Of a stretch of 64,000 bases of DNA, positions 53,082 to 64,000 are shown one piece after another. The notes beneath the pieces were generated by a model. The model was not told the origin of the DNA. It ran no database searches and was given only the letters and a program-made list of their open reading frames with translations. The position numbers were made by a program, and so were the translations under genes. Numbering within the stretch: position 1 is the first letter of the stretch; every line of letters begins with the position of its first letter. This DNA is from Camelus dromedarius (taxonomy: Eukaryota). The stretch is taken from NCBI RefSeq assembly GCF_036321535.1, contig NC_087436.1, forward strand, positions 104,162,001 through 104,226,000. The letters run 5' to 3'.

Positions 53082-53144
53082 CTGATATAAATAATCTTCA
53101 AATACAAAATAATAATCATCATTGCTTGCTGTCAACTTCACATC
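53082..53144 (-). CDS. TBC1D19: TBC1D19 coding exon, 63 nt, phase 0/0: DVKLTASNDDYYFVFEDYLYQ
   Basis: ttttaattatag|GATGTG...TATCAG|gtaagt. Recognised TBC1D19 peptide. Confidence 0.97.
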
Positions 53145-53903
53145 CTATAATTAAAAGTAGAGAGCAATGAAAAAAACCTAAATGAATGTGTCTATAGTAC
53201 TAAGACATAAAAGCAACATCTAGAAATAATACTGCAATGATTTGATTACTTTAGGTATGACTATAAATGTTTCAATTAGATTTTATCACTGTACTTATCA
53301 CACGCAAACTTATAAATTTACTCAACTAATATATGAGATACATTATTTGACCTCAAATTGTTCAGACGTTTTTGGTTCCATTAGTACTTCTTTATTATTT
53401 ATTTCAATTTTATCCCCTTTAAATATAATATTTAGGTCTCTTGAAATTAGAAAAACAGATGTAAACATAACATCCAAAAGCAACTATAACAATCTGGCCT
53501 CAAATTATTGTTCCAATCTCATCCTCCACTGTTCAAGTCCACATTCTTGCCATTCCCTCAAAATACCAAAAATCTTTTGTGTTTTTGTGATTATTCACTT
53601 GCAAGTCATCGCTTGCCAAACAAACAAAGACAATGTTTATTTCAATCTCACCAGCAAGAAAATATACATAGTAGAAATACTGGAACAATTACAAAGAAAT
53701 ATAGCAGAAATCCATGATAATATTGCTCAGCCTACAAAATTCAATTGGGCTGTTAATCAAAGCAGCAATTAGGAGAGAATGAAATGAATTATGGATGACT
53801 TCGAAGGCAGTGGATGTGTGCTAAATCTGGAAAAACTGAAAGACACAGATTAAGAGAAGGGAAAGGAGCCAGTCTAAATCACAACATAGGCAGCCGTAGA
53901 GAT

Positions 53904-54111
53904 CATGCAGTCTCAACAGGGATAGTATTGCCTCTAAGGGGGTGGGAATTGGGTCCTGGGAACCCAAAATTTTTACATAGTACAATGGTTTGTGGACCTC
54001 CAAAGCTTATCCCTACCCAACAAAATCTTATTCTTTAGTATTTCATTTTTTATATTAAAGAATTTTTTCTCTTTAGGGGTATAATAATGAAGAAAAAGTT
54101 GAGAAACACTG
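53904..54111. mobile_element. hAT-Charlie MITE (MER112-like)
   Basis: catgcagtctcaacagg ... tggtttgtggacctccaaagc ... aaaagttgagaaacactg terminus. Confidence 0.65.
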
Positions 54112-56764
54112 GCATAAACTGTCAGATCATAGTAAGTAGTGGAAAACTGTAGATGGTGTGGATTCAAAGCAGGTTTGTAGAAAAAAATATGTAGTCCAGA
54201 GAAGACCATTTAATATTTTAGCTTAAGGAGGGCTTGGTGTTCTGTATTTAAGCACTGCTGTGTTTCTTTCATTCATTTCTTTAACCACTAAAATAATTCT
54301 ACTTTAGTTTCAGTTAAATTAAGAATGAGTCTTTGCCAAAGGGAGTTGTAATGAACCTTCAAATAATTTTTTAAAACGTTCATTCCCTCAAGGGCTGACT
54401 TTAATAACGTTTGGAGTTGCTCCAACAAGATCGCAGAGCTCAACTAACACAAGTCAGGAACAACTAGAGACAGAGATCTTCCTAAAAACACTCATGTTCT
54501 GGACAGTCAGGATTGATTCTACCAAAATTTATAGTCAATTCTTCAGATACAAACTGTCCATCTCTTTCTCACAGCAGATTTTCTTTACTGATTCTAGTGG
54601 AAATTCATGCTGGCAGCCAAGAGAACTCTCATGCTAGCACTCTTCGATTTTCTGAACTTCTCTTGTGAGCCTTCTCTCATTTGAACAGAAAAGAGGTTGA
54701 AGGTCTTAAAGCCCAAAGATCTTGTAGGCTGTTGCTAAAATAATCCTCTGAGCACGATCATTTGACCTCAAAGTTAACAGTAGTATCTGTGATCTAAATC
54801 TATGTAAAACCTCTGTGAGAGTCAAGACTTTTGATGAAAACATCTTGCATTCTCTTCACTTTCATCTTTCCTCCCTGTAGAGCAAAGTGGTTAAAGGTAC
54901 GATTGTGAAGTCAGATTACCTAGGTTCAAATCTTGGCTTTGCTACTTAATATGTGAAATTTAAACACATTTCTTTAATATTTCTTTACCTTGCTTCCCTC
55001 ATCTGTACAATGGTGAAGTGACAGTACTTCCTGTTTTGCTGTAACACATGTATCAATATGTGGCTGGTGAGTAAGGGAAAGATGTCAGTATCACTTAGAA
55101 ATAATGTTGGTTCATATGTGATTTTTCTTTAAAAAAGAAGAGCCAGAACAGCAGGAGTAGAATTATAACCTCCAGTAGGAAAGGAAAAAGCCTTCAGCTC
55201 AGCTGCTGCACAGGCATGAGCCCTTATAACTGTATTTCAGGAAAATGAAAAATGAATGAGTGCACTGGGGGCCCCCACTCTGGAGAAGCACATCCCCTAG
55301 CCTTGCACATCTCTTTGCTGCTGCATTTCCTCTTGCACCCACTTGAACAGCAGCCTCAGTGGCCCAGCGCACCACTTCTATCTGCATTATTTTAGCATTT
55401 ACACTTCATTATTTTTGTACATTTTTAATAGCTCCTGCAGAAGCAGCCTGCCTGAGCTGTCCAGTTCATATCCCCAGCTATGAATTCTTGTTTTCGTTAG
55501 CACTCTGGTTACAAAGTTGCGAAAGCTACCCCAATACTATTTCCCCCATAAACATTATTTTTAATGCATGATTTTGCAGAATACACGTGTTTTTCCAAGA
55601 AAAAACAATGCATTTATCATTTACAGCCCAGATGCTTGTATATATAGTACCCTTAAGGTAGCTGTCAGAATCAAATGACAATTTATGGAAAGAGTTTGGA
55701 ACAACATATGGCACATAGTAAGCAATCATTAAATGCTAGTAGTCATTATTATTAACCTTGGCCATGTTCTCCTGAGACAAATCTTTAAATTCTCAATGTG
55801 TAATCTTCTGTCCCCTGTTTCTGAGATCTGGAATATATGACCGACTCCTCTATGTTACAAATTCTAAATCTAAAATCTATTTTTAAAACAACCCAATTAT
55901 TTAAAAAAAATTTTCCTTTTTCAGTTTCATTAGGTAGAATTACAGTTTGCACATATACATTATATTGCATGTAAATACATATATACAATATACTGCACTT
56001 TTTTTAGTTTATTGAGATACATATACATATATATATATGTATATATATATACACTGATCATTGTTTCTAAGAACAGGTTAGAGCTTTAGCTTTTCAAACT
56101 TACAAAATTATCAGAGGAATAAAGCCAACCACAAAAAAAGAATCAACAGAATGTGGTAATCCAATTATACAGGACAGTCAATAAACAACCCAATTATTAA
56201 TCTAGAATCAGTCATATCCTACATCATGCTTTCAGCATCTACATCTTGACTCTCAACTTAATATCAGATGCCTAGGAACAAAACCTCAATGTATCCCTAT
56301 CTAAAACTTGAGATGTGCTTAATTATATGGTGTGAAAGTAGAATAAATTAAAAATAAAACATGACTTCAACATAATAAAACAAATAAATAAGTAGGCCCT
56401 AAAGAATCATGAGATAAATAAGATAAAAGTTCCATAGTCTAGTTTTCCTTTTAGTTGCTTTTTTAGTCTGTGAAAAACTTGTATTTATAAGGACAAGGAA
56501 TGCTTATCATTCTCTTAATCCAAAAATGGGAGGGCCAGGCAAGGATCTTGAGAGGTTAGCTTCAAAGAGGAAAAAAATAACACTGAATGGAAACTACAAA
56601 TTTTGAAGGTCAAACTAAACTTATAAAGTATAATGATCACTTAAAATTATTTTTCAAGGCTAATAGGTATCATCATATATAATGCAGTCCCTGAATGTTG
56701 AAAACTCTCAATAATTGCTTACTGATTTTAAAGAAATGGAAAAACTATGTACACTTGTACTTAC

Positions 56765-56839
56765 TTTATAAATTAGACTGTCCACCAAAAGGTCATGTTG
56801 TATCACATTTGTCTTAAGCTGCTCATAATACAAGATGTC
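56765..56839 (-). CDS. TBC1D19: TBC1D19 coding exon (probably exon 12), 75 nt, phase 0/0: DILYYEQLKTNVIQHDLLVDSLIYK
   Basis: Minus strand tttaaatctag|GACATC...TATAAA|gtaagt. Open frame; peptide recognised as TBC1D19 and in frame with the next exon. Confidence 0.96.
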
Positions 56840-58449
56840 CTAGATTTAAAAATAAAACAAACAAAAACATTAAAAATCAATCACATTTATAAAGTCAGCC
56901 TCAAACTTTAATAAGTAGTATCCTCTAGGACTATAAACACTAGAGGATAAGGACTTTATTTTACTCGCTACAGTCTCTATGTCTGGCCAACAGTGGATGC
57001 TCAATGTGTATCCTAATCCCATCAGTTAGGATCAAATCTGACACGTGGTGGGCATTCAATCAATGCTTGCTAAACTGATTAACTGTAATTTAACTTTAAT
57101 AGCAAACACAGTGCTTATTAAGTAATTATTAGGTTCCAGGAACTGTTTTACCCACTATACATGGCTTAATCTATTTAAACCCATGCCAACAGAATAAAAC
57201 AGTTCAACTTGCTGTCCAAGACTACAAAGGTAGTAAGATTTGATCCCAGGAAACCTGGCCCCAGAATCTATATAAAAACCTAGAATGACTACCCTATACT
57301 GTCTTTCTAAAACCTTAATTACTATAAAATAAAAAAAATTTAAACATACTAAATCATCCCTGAGGTAGTAAAAGCAATCAAATAGCATAAGAAAAAAAGT
57401 CAGGTTTTAAAAAATAATAGAATATGGTACTACAGCAATAGAAAACCTGATTAACTCTAAACAGTGATATGCCTACGCTAATGTTTAATTTAATAGAGAA
57501 TAAGAAATAGAAGGAAGAGGGGAAAGACAGGAAGGAGAGAAAAGGGGAGGGAAGGAAAAGAAGGAAAGCCAGAGGAAGGGAAAGAGGGAGGAGAGATTTA
57601 AGATGTAATCCAGTTAAGCATCAGATTAATAGCGGGTCAGGCATTCATAATAAAGGTTAGAAAAAAAAAAAGAAGAAGAAGGTTAAGAGTAAGAGGGTAG
57701 TAGCTGTGTTAAAGAGATGGAAATATCATCTCATTACTTTAGCTGATCCCTGTGTTCCTCCCAAACCCTCCAGCCATCTCCCAGGCACTCGACCCCTGGT
57801 TTCTGCCCAGACCCATACTGCTAGGCTCCATCAGTACACACCAGTCTGTGTGATTCTTTCTGAAGATACTCCCTCAAACAAGCAAGAGGTGTGAAACAGG
57901 GTCATCTGGGACAAAGAAGAATATCTGTTGAACGCAGCTGCCTTGGCAGAGTGATTCCCAACCCTATTTTTCCTGAAATATGATTTATTTGCCTTGAAAA
58001 GACTCTTAATACACAGTTCTCTGATTTGAGTCAAAGTGCTCTTTGCCTCAAGATAATCTGGGGATTTACTGGCTATTTTTAGTCACTTTAATTTTAAATA
58101 AAAAGCCTTACTTTGTTCTCATTCATGATGTTTTGATTTCTTTTTTTTTTTATGATGATGTTTTGACTTCTTACCTGAGCAAAATAATTTACTATTTTAT
58201 TTACTCTATTGTATACATTAAATTCATCTCTCTGGCTAGAGTAAAAGAACATTTTTAAAGGCAGGAACAACACCTAATTCAAATACCAATCCTTGACAAC
58301 TGGCAAAGGGCATAGTATTATACTTTAATGTTTTCTAGTGAACGTAGTGGAAAAGTTGAGAAGCTTAGAGTCATGTCTCTTTTTAAAAATACAGTAAGTT
58401 TAAAATTAAAAAATGATATATGACCATTAAAATAAGTGAGGCAGTCTGA

Positions 58450-59520
58450 AGCTGGATAAAGAAAAAGCTAATAATCTTTCTTTCTTCCATCCCACCTCCC
58501 TGAAGAAACATTTTATTTATGTTGTATCTATAACATTATTATAATTTGTGTTTTTCCGTAATTTTCTTCATGCTTATACAAACATATATCATAGTTAGGG
58601 ATTTTAGTTATGGTTTTTTAACATAAAATGGAATCACTCTATATTTATTATTCAGCTTCCAGTGATATGTCATCTCTGTCAACAAATATATATCTATCTT
58701 ATTCTTTTTAATAACTACATACACTTTAATATTTTTAAAGCAGTGCTGCCAGTGTATCACAATTTATTTAACCATCCCCCTATAGATGGATATTCAGGTT
58801 GTTTCTAGTTGTTTGTCACAACAAATACTGCAATAAATATCCCCATGCACATATGCTTTTGTGTCTATGCGATACACTGGCAACATTAGGATTGAAGGCT
58901 GAAGGCTACATATATCTTTAGTTGTACTACAGACTGCCTACTTTCCAAAAAAGCATCAATTCAAATTCCCACCAGCACCCCATGAGAGTAAAAGTTTACC
59001 TATATCCTCATCATTTTAACTTTTCCATGGATAAAAAATGGCTTATCATATTGTTGTATTAATTTGCACTTTCTCAAATACCAGTAAAGTTGAACATTCT
59101 TTCATATGCTTATCAGCCATTTGAATTTCCACTTCAATGATTTACCTATTTTCCTCTAGATTATATTTATTTTAGTAATTTGTCAGACTCTTTTTTATAA
59201 GTAGGATTATCCCTTTGTCATTTGTGTTACAAAAGCTTTTTCTTCAAATTAAATTGTGTTATTTGATTTTTGTTTATGGTTCACATTGGCAAAGTTTTAA
59301 AAAAAATCTTTTAAAAAATTCTTTATGTTCTAGGCTTCTTGCCTTACACAAGCCTCTCCTACACTACATGTTTACAAAAATATCTTCCTAAAATTGCTAT
59401 GTTTTAATTTAAATACTTATAATCTACCTGGAACTTATTTTTATATATGGTAGGAAAGGTCTGACTGTTTTCTTTCAAAAATTGTTATCCACATCATTTA
59501 CTAAGTATACCATGCACTTC
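58450..59520 (-). mobile_element. L1ME-like 3' region
   Basis: aatttatttaaccatcccc...tggatattcaggttgtttctag; ttcccaccagca; gttgaacattctttcatatgctta. Confidence 0.8.
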
Positions 59521-59529
59521 CAGTTGAAA

Positions 59530-62500
59530 TAAAACTTCAACACTTCTCTATCAGAAATGGATTCAGGAGGCAGAAAATCAGTAAGGTCAAGGTTGAACTC
59601 AACAATACCATCGATTAACTTGATACAATGGACATCTATTTATTACTTCATCCAACAACAACAGAATATACATATTTCTCAAGTTCACATGGAACTTTCA
59701 CCAAGATAGACCACATTCTGGGTCATAAAACATAACCTTAACAAATTTAAAAGAACAGAAATCATACAATGTCAGCTCTCGGACCACAGTGGAATTAAAC
59801 TAGAAGTCAATAATAGAAAGATAATTGGAAACCCCCAAATACATAGTGATTAAACAACATACTTCTAAAAAACACATGGGTCAAAGAAGAAATCTCAAAA
59901 GAAATTTTAAAATACATTGAACTAAATGAAAATGTAGCTTAGTAAAATTCATGGGATGCGGTAAAAGTAGTGCTTGGAGGGAAATTTATAAAACTGAATG
60001 CATATTATTAGAAAACAAGAAAGATCTAGAATCAATAATCTTAGTTTTTACTCTAGGAAACTAGAAAAAGGCAAATTAAATTGAAAGTAAGCAGAAGAAA
60101 AGAAATGATATGACTTAGAACAGAAATAAATGAAATTAACAACAGGAAATCAAAACAGAAAAATCATCGAAACCAAAAGCTGGTTCTTTGAAAAGGTCAA
60201 TCAAACTGGTGAGCCTCTAGCCGGGCTAACTGAAAAAAAAAAAACAGAAAGGACACAACTTACCCAAATCAGAAATGAAAGAAGAAACATCACTACAGAT
60301 CATGTGGACATTAAAAAAGATAATAAAGGAATACTATGAACTATGAAAGGGATAAATGAATAATCTGCCCACAAATTTGATAATCCAGGTAAAATGGATC
60401 AATTACTTCACAAAACAATTTGCCAAAATTCACACAAGAAGAAACAGACAATCTGAATAGGCCTGTATCTATTAAAGCAATTGATTTAACAACTAATATC
60501 CTTTCAAAACAGACAGTTAACAGGCCCAGAGGGGTTCACTGGTGAATTCTACCAAACATTTAAGGAAGAAATTCTACCAATCCTCTACAATTTCTTTCAA
60601 AGGACAGAAGCATAGGGAATAATTCCTAATTTATTCTATGAAGCCAGCATTAGCCTAATACCAAAACAGGACAAAGACATTACAAGAAAAGAAAACTACA
60701 GATGAATATCTCTCATGAACACAGACGTAAAAATTCTCCGCAAAATGTTAGCAAAATCAAACCAACAATGTAAACACAGAATTATACATCACAACTAAGT
60801 GGATTTTATCCCAAGTCTGCAAGACTGGTTCAACTTTTGAAAATCAGTTAATGTAGTCCATCACATCAACAGGATAAAAAAGAAAAAAACACATGATCAT
60901 ATCAATAGGTACAGAAAAAGCATCTGGAAAAATCTAACACACATTCACAATAAAAACTCTCAGTAAACTAGGAATAGAAGGGAACTTCTCAATTTAATAA
61001 AGAATATTTACCAAAAATGTACAGCTAACATCATACTTAAGGGTGAGATATTCAAGGTTTTTCCCCTAAAATCAGGTACAAGGTAAGGGTGTCCCATCTC
61101 ACCACTCCTTTCAAAATCATGCTGGAATTTCTAACTAATGATATACAACAAGAAAAGGAAACAAAAGGTATACAGATCAGGAAGGAAGAAATAAAACTGT
61201 CTTTGTTTACAAATGACATGATTGTCTACGTAAAAAATCCAAAAGACCAGATCAAAATACTTCTGAAACTACTGAGCAATTACAGCAAGGTTGTAAGATA
61301 TCAGATTAATATACAAAATTAAATTTCCTATATACAAGCAATGAACAAGTGAAATTTGAAATTAAAAACAAAATATTTATATTACTACCCAAAAATGATG
61401 TCAACTTAGGTATAAATCTAACAAAATATGTACAAGATCTATATGAGGAAAACTATAAAACTCTGATGGACAAAATCAAAGAGGAAACAAATAAATAGAG
61501 AGATATCCATGTTCATGTCTAGGAAGACTCAATATTGTAAAGACATGCATTCTTCCCAACTTCATCTACAGATTCAATGCAATCCTAATCAAAATCCCAG
61601 TAAGCTGTTTTGTCAACATCAACAGACTGATTCTGAGGTTTATGTGGAAAAGCAAAAAGACCCAGAATAGCCAACACAACATTGCATGAGAAGAACAAAG
61701 TTGGAGAGCTGACACACTACTCAACTTCATGACTTACTATAAAACCACAGTCATCAAGACAGTGTGGTGTGGCAAAAAAACAAATAGATCAATAAAACAG
61801 AATAAAGATTCCAGAAACAGACCCACATAAATATAGTCAAGAGATCTTTGACAAAAAGCAAACACAATACAAAGGAGTAAAGACAGTGTTTTCAACAAAT
61901 TATACTGAAACAGATATTCACATGCAAAAAAAATTAATCTAGACACACATCTTTCATCCTTCACAAAAATTAACTCAAAATGGATCACAGACCTAAATGT
62001 AAAATGCAAAACTATAAAACTCCTCGAAGATAGCAGAAGAAAACCTAGATGACCTCAGGTATAGTGATGTCTTTTTAGATATAACACCAAAGACATGATC
62101 CATGAAAGAAATAGTGACTAACCTGGCTTCATTAAAATTGAAAACCATGCTCTGCAAAAGACACATCTGATGAAGAACTGTTATTGCAGATTTACAAAGA
62201 ACTCTTAAAACTCAACACTAAGAAAACAAAAAACCCAATTAAAAAGTGGGCCAAAGACCTTAACAGACACTTCACCAAATAAGACATATAGACTGATAAT
62301 AAGCATATGAAAGACGTTCCACACCATATGTCACCAGGGAAATGCAAATTAAAACCACAGTGAGATACCACTACACGTCTAGTAGGATGGCCAAAATTCC
62401 CAGCACTGACGACACGAAATGCTGTTGTGGGTATGGAGCAACAAGGGCTCTCATTCGCTGCTGGTGGAAGTACAGATTGGGAGAGCCATTTTGGAATATA

Positions 62501-63265
62501 GTTTGGTGGTTTTCACGAAACTAAGCATTCTCTTACCATATGGTTCAGCAGTTGTGCTCCTTGGTTTTTACCCAAAGGAGCTGAAAACTGTGTCCACACA
62601 AAAACCTACATGCAGGTGTTGACAACAGCTTTATTGATAATTGCCAAAACTTGAAAGCAACCAAGGTGTCCTTCAGTAGGTGAATGAATAAACTGTGGTA
62701 CAGTCAGACAATGGATTATTCAGCACCAAAAAGAAACGAAAACTATCAAGCCATGAAAAGACATGGAGAAACCTTAAATATGTATTACTAAGTGAAAGAA
62801 TCCAATCTGAAAAGGCTACAAAATATACAATTCAACTATATGACGTTCTATAAAAAGGCAAAACTATGGGGACAGAGGGGAGTTGGGGGAAAAGGGGAGG
62901 ATGGAGCTAGGAGAATTTTTTTATAGCAGTGAAAACACTACCTGTTATTATACATATGTTATTATATGTTATTATAATATTATACATAACATATATGTTA
63001 TTATATGTTATGTATAATATTATACATACAAACCCATAGAAAGTACACCAAGATGAACCTTAATGGGAACATTGGACTTTGAGTGATTATGATGTGTCAG
63101 TACAAGTTCAATCAGTTGTAACAAATGTACCACTCTGGTGGAAGATGTTAATAACTGGGGAGGCTACCCATGTGTCAGGGTAGAAGGTATGAGAGATCTC
63201 TGTATCTTCCCCTCAATTTTGCTGTAAACTTAAAACTGCTCTAAAAAATCTAGTCTTAATAAAGA
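59530..63265 (+). mobile_element. L1MC1-like element, about 3.7 kb: disrupted ORF2 (endonuclease end, RT, C-terminal) and 3' UTR
   Basis: RT peptide [21 protein letters not shown] (decayed F[A]DD motif). 3' end gtaacaaatgtaccactctggtg...ttttgctgtaaacttaaaactgctctaaaa. Many stops and frameshifts. Confidence 0.92.
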
Positions 63266-63648
63266 AATATTGCTTTAGAACAGTTTGAATAATTTTAATT
63301 TATTACTTTTATTTTGTTATTTAAAAGTTGTCTTGGTTTACATTTATATTAACATAAAAGAGCAAAGTAAAATCAGTTAAAGGAAATATTTCTTTAGATA
63401 ATATATACTGCAGGCATGTATTTATACCTGAATGATTAGCTATAACTTATAAATTCCCACAGGGAATTTCATTTTAATTGCTATTCTAAATAATAATTTG
63501 TTTGTAATTGCATTTATAATCCTTCTCATTATAAATTAATAACAAATATGCTTCATGACCAAGCTAGAAAATAAATATTTTAATAAAAGGAAATCACTAA
63601 AATTCTAATTTTAGTACAGTATGCTTCCATAAGAAAGATATCTTCAGA

Positions 63649-63791
63649 GGAGTTGGGGTATAACTCAGTGGTAGACCGCATGTGTAGCATGCATGAGATC
63701 TTGGGTTCAATCCTCAGTACCTCCATTAAATAAATAAACAAATAAATAAACAAACCTAATTACCCCCCCAAAAAACCCCAAAATATATATG
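63649..63791 (+). mobile_element. tRNA-derived SINE (camelid Vic-1-like) with 10-bp TSD
   Basis: A-box taactcagtggtaga, B-box gggttcaatcc, tail aaataaataaacaaacctaattacccccc. TATCTTCAGA at 63639-63648 and 63792-63801. Confidence 0.9.
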
Positions 63792-64000
63792 TATCTTCAG
63801 AAAATTGTGGATAACTTAATGTTTAACTTTAGACATAGAAGAGAGTTACTAACAAAAATCTACTTTCATTTCTAGAGAAAAAAGAAAAATATATCAGAGA
63901 ATTTGAGACCTAGAAGGGACCTTAGATAAACTTCATCCATTTTTCTTATTTGTACATTAAGAAAATGAGATCTGGCCAAGTTAACTGCCTTAGCCAAAAT

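Noticed and set aside
53242..53772. Longest ORF in the track (176 aa, + strand)
   Set aside because: Non-ATG start, AT-rich intronic sequence antisense to TBC1D19, partly L2-like, and no recognisable domain.
59530..62622. Reverse transcriptase/endonuclease-like peptides
   Set aside because: Decayed L1 ORF2 with many stops and frameshifts and a broken catalytic motif; not an active element or a novel RT system.
63649..63725. tRNA-like A/B boxes (also at 7225-7297)
   Set aside because: Followed by an AT-rich tail and flanked by TSDs; these are SINE heads, not tRNA genes.
56840..64000. Next upstream TBC1D19 exon
   Set aside because: I found no sequence encoding the expected ...LWALILNISSQPE peptide; it presumably lies beyond the window.
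1..64000. CRISPR arrays, prokaryotic operons or viral coding genes
   Set aside because: No regularly spaced repeats, long ORFs or gag/pol/env remnants seen; the content is ordinary mammalian intron and intergenic DNA.

Overview
Mammalian genomic DNA, most likely a camelid: it has two Vic-1-like tRNA-derived SINEs and a camelid-type L1 3' end. The window holds the 3' half of TBC1D19 on the minus strand. Ten GT-AG coding exons (56839 down to the TGA at 5721-5723) splice in frame to 254 aa, DILYYEQLKTNVIQHDLLVDSLIYK...VMPLLQIFLFATVT*. A 3' UTR follows with three candidate poly(A) signals, and the upstream exons lie beyond position 64000. Most of the rest is old transposon debris (L1, L2, CR1/L3, MIR, MaLR/ERV LTRs, hAT MITEs). 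None of the ORFs in the supplied track looks like a real gene. I found no evidence of a novel biological system. The observations most worth following up are: apparently non-canonical TBC catalytic fingers, a CpG/NCG-codon burst in one exon, an ancient 5'-inverted L1, a nested L1 with an intact TSD, a solo poly(A) insertion, and a 23-bp perfect hairpin. Repeat family names and exon numbers are recalled rather than computed, and repeat boundaries are approximate.
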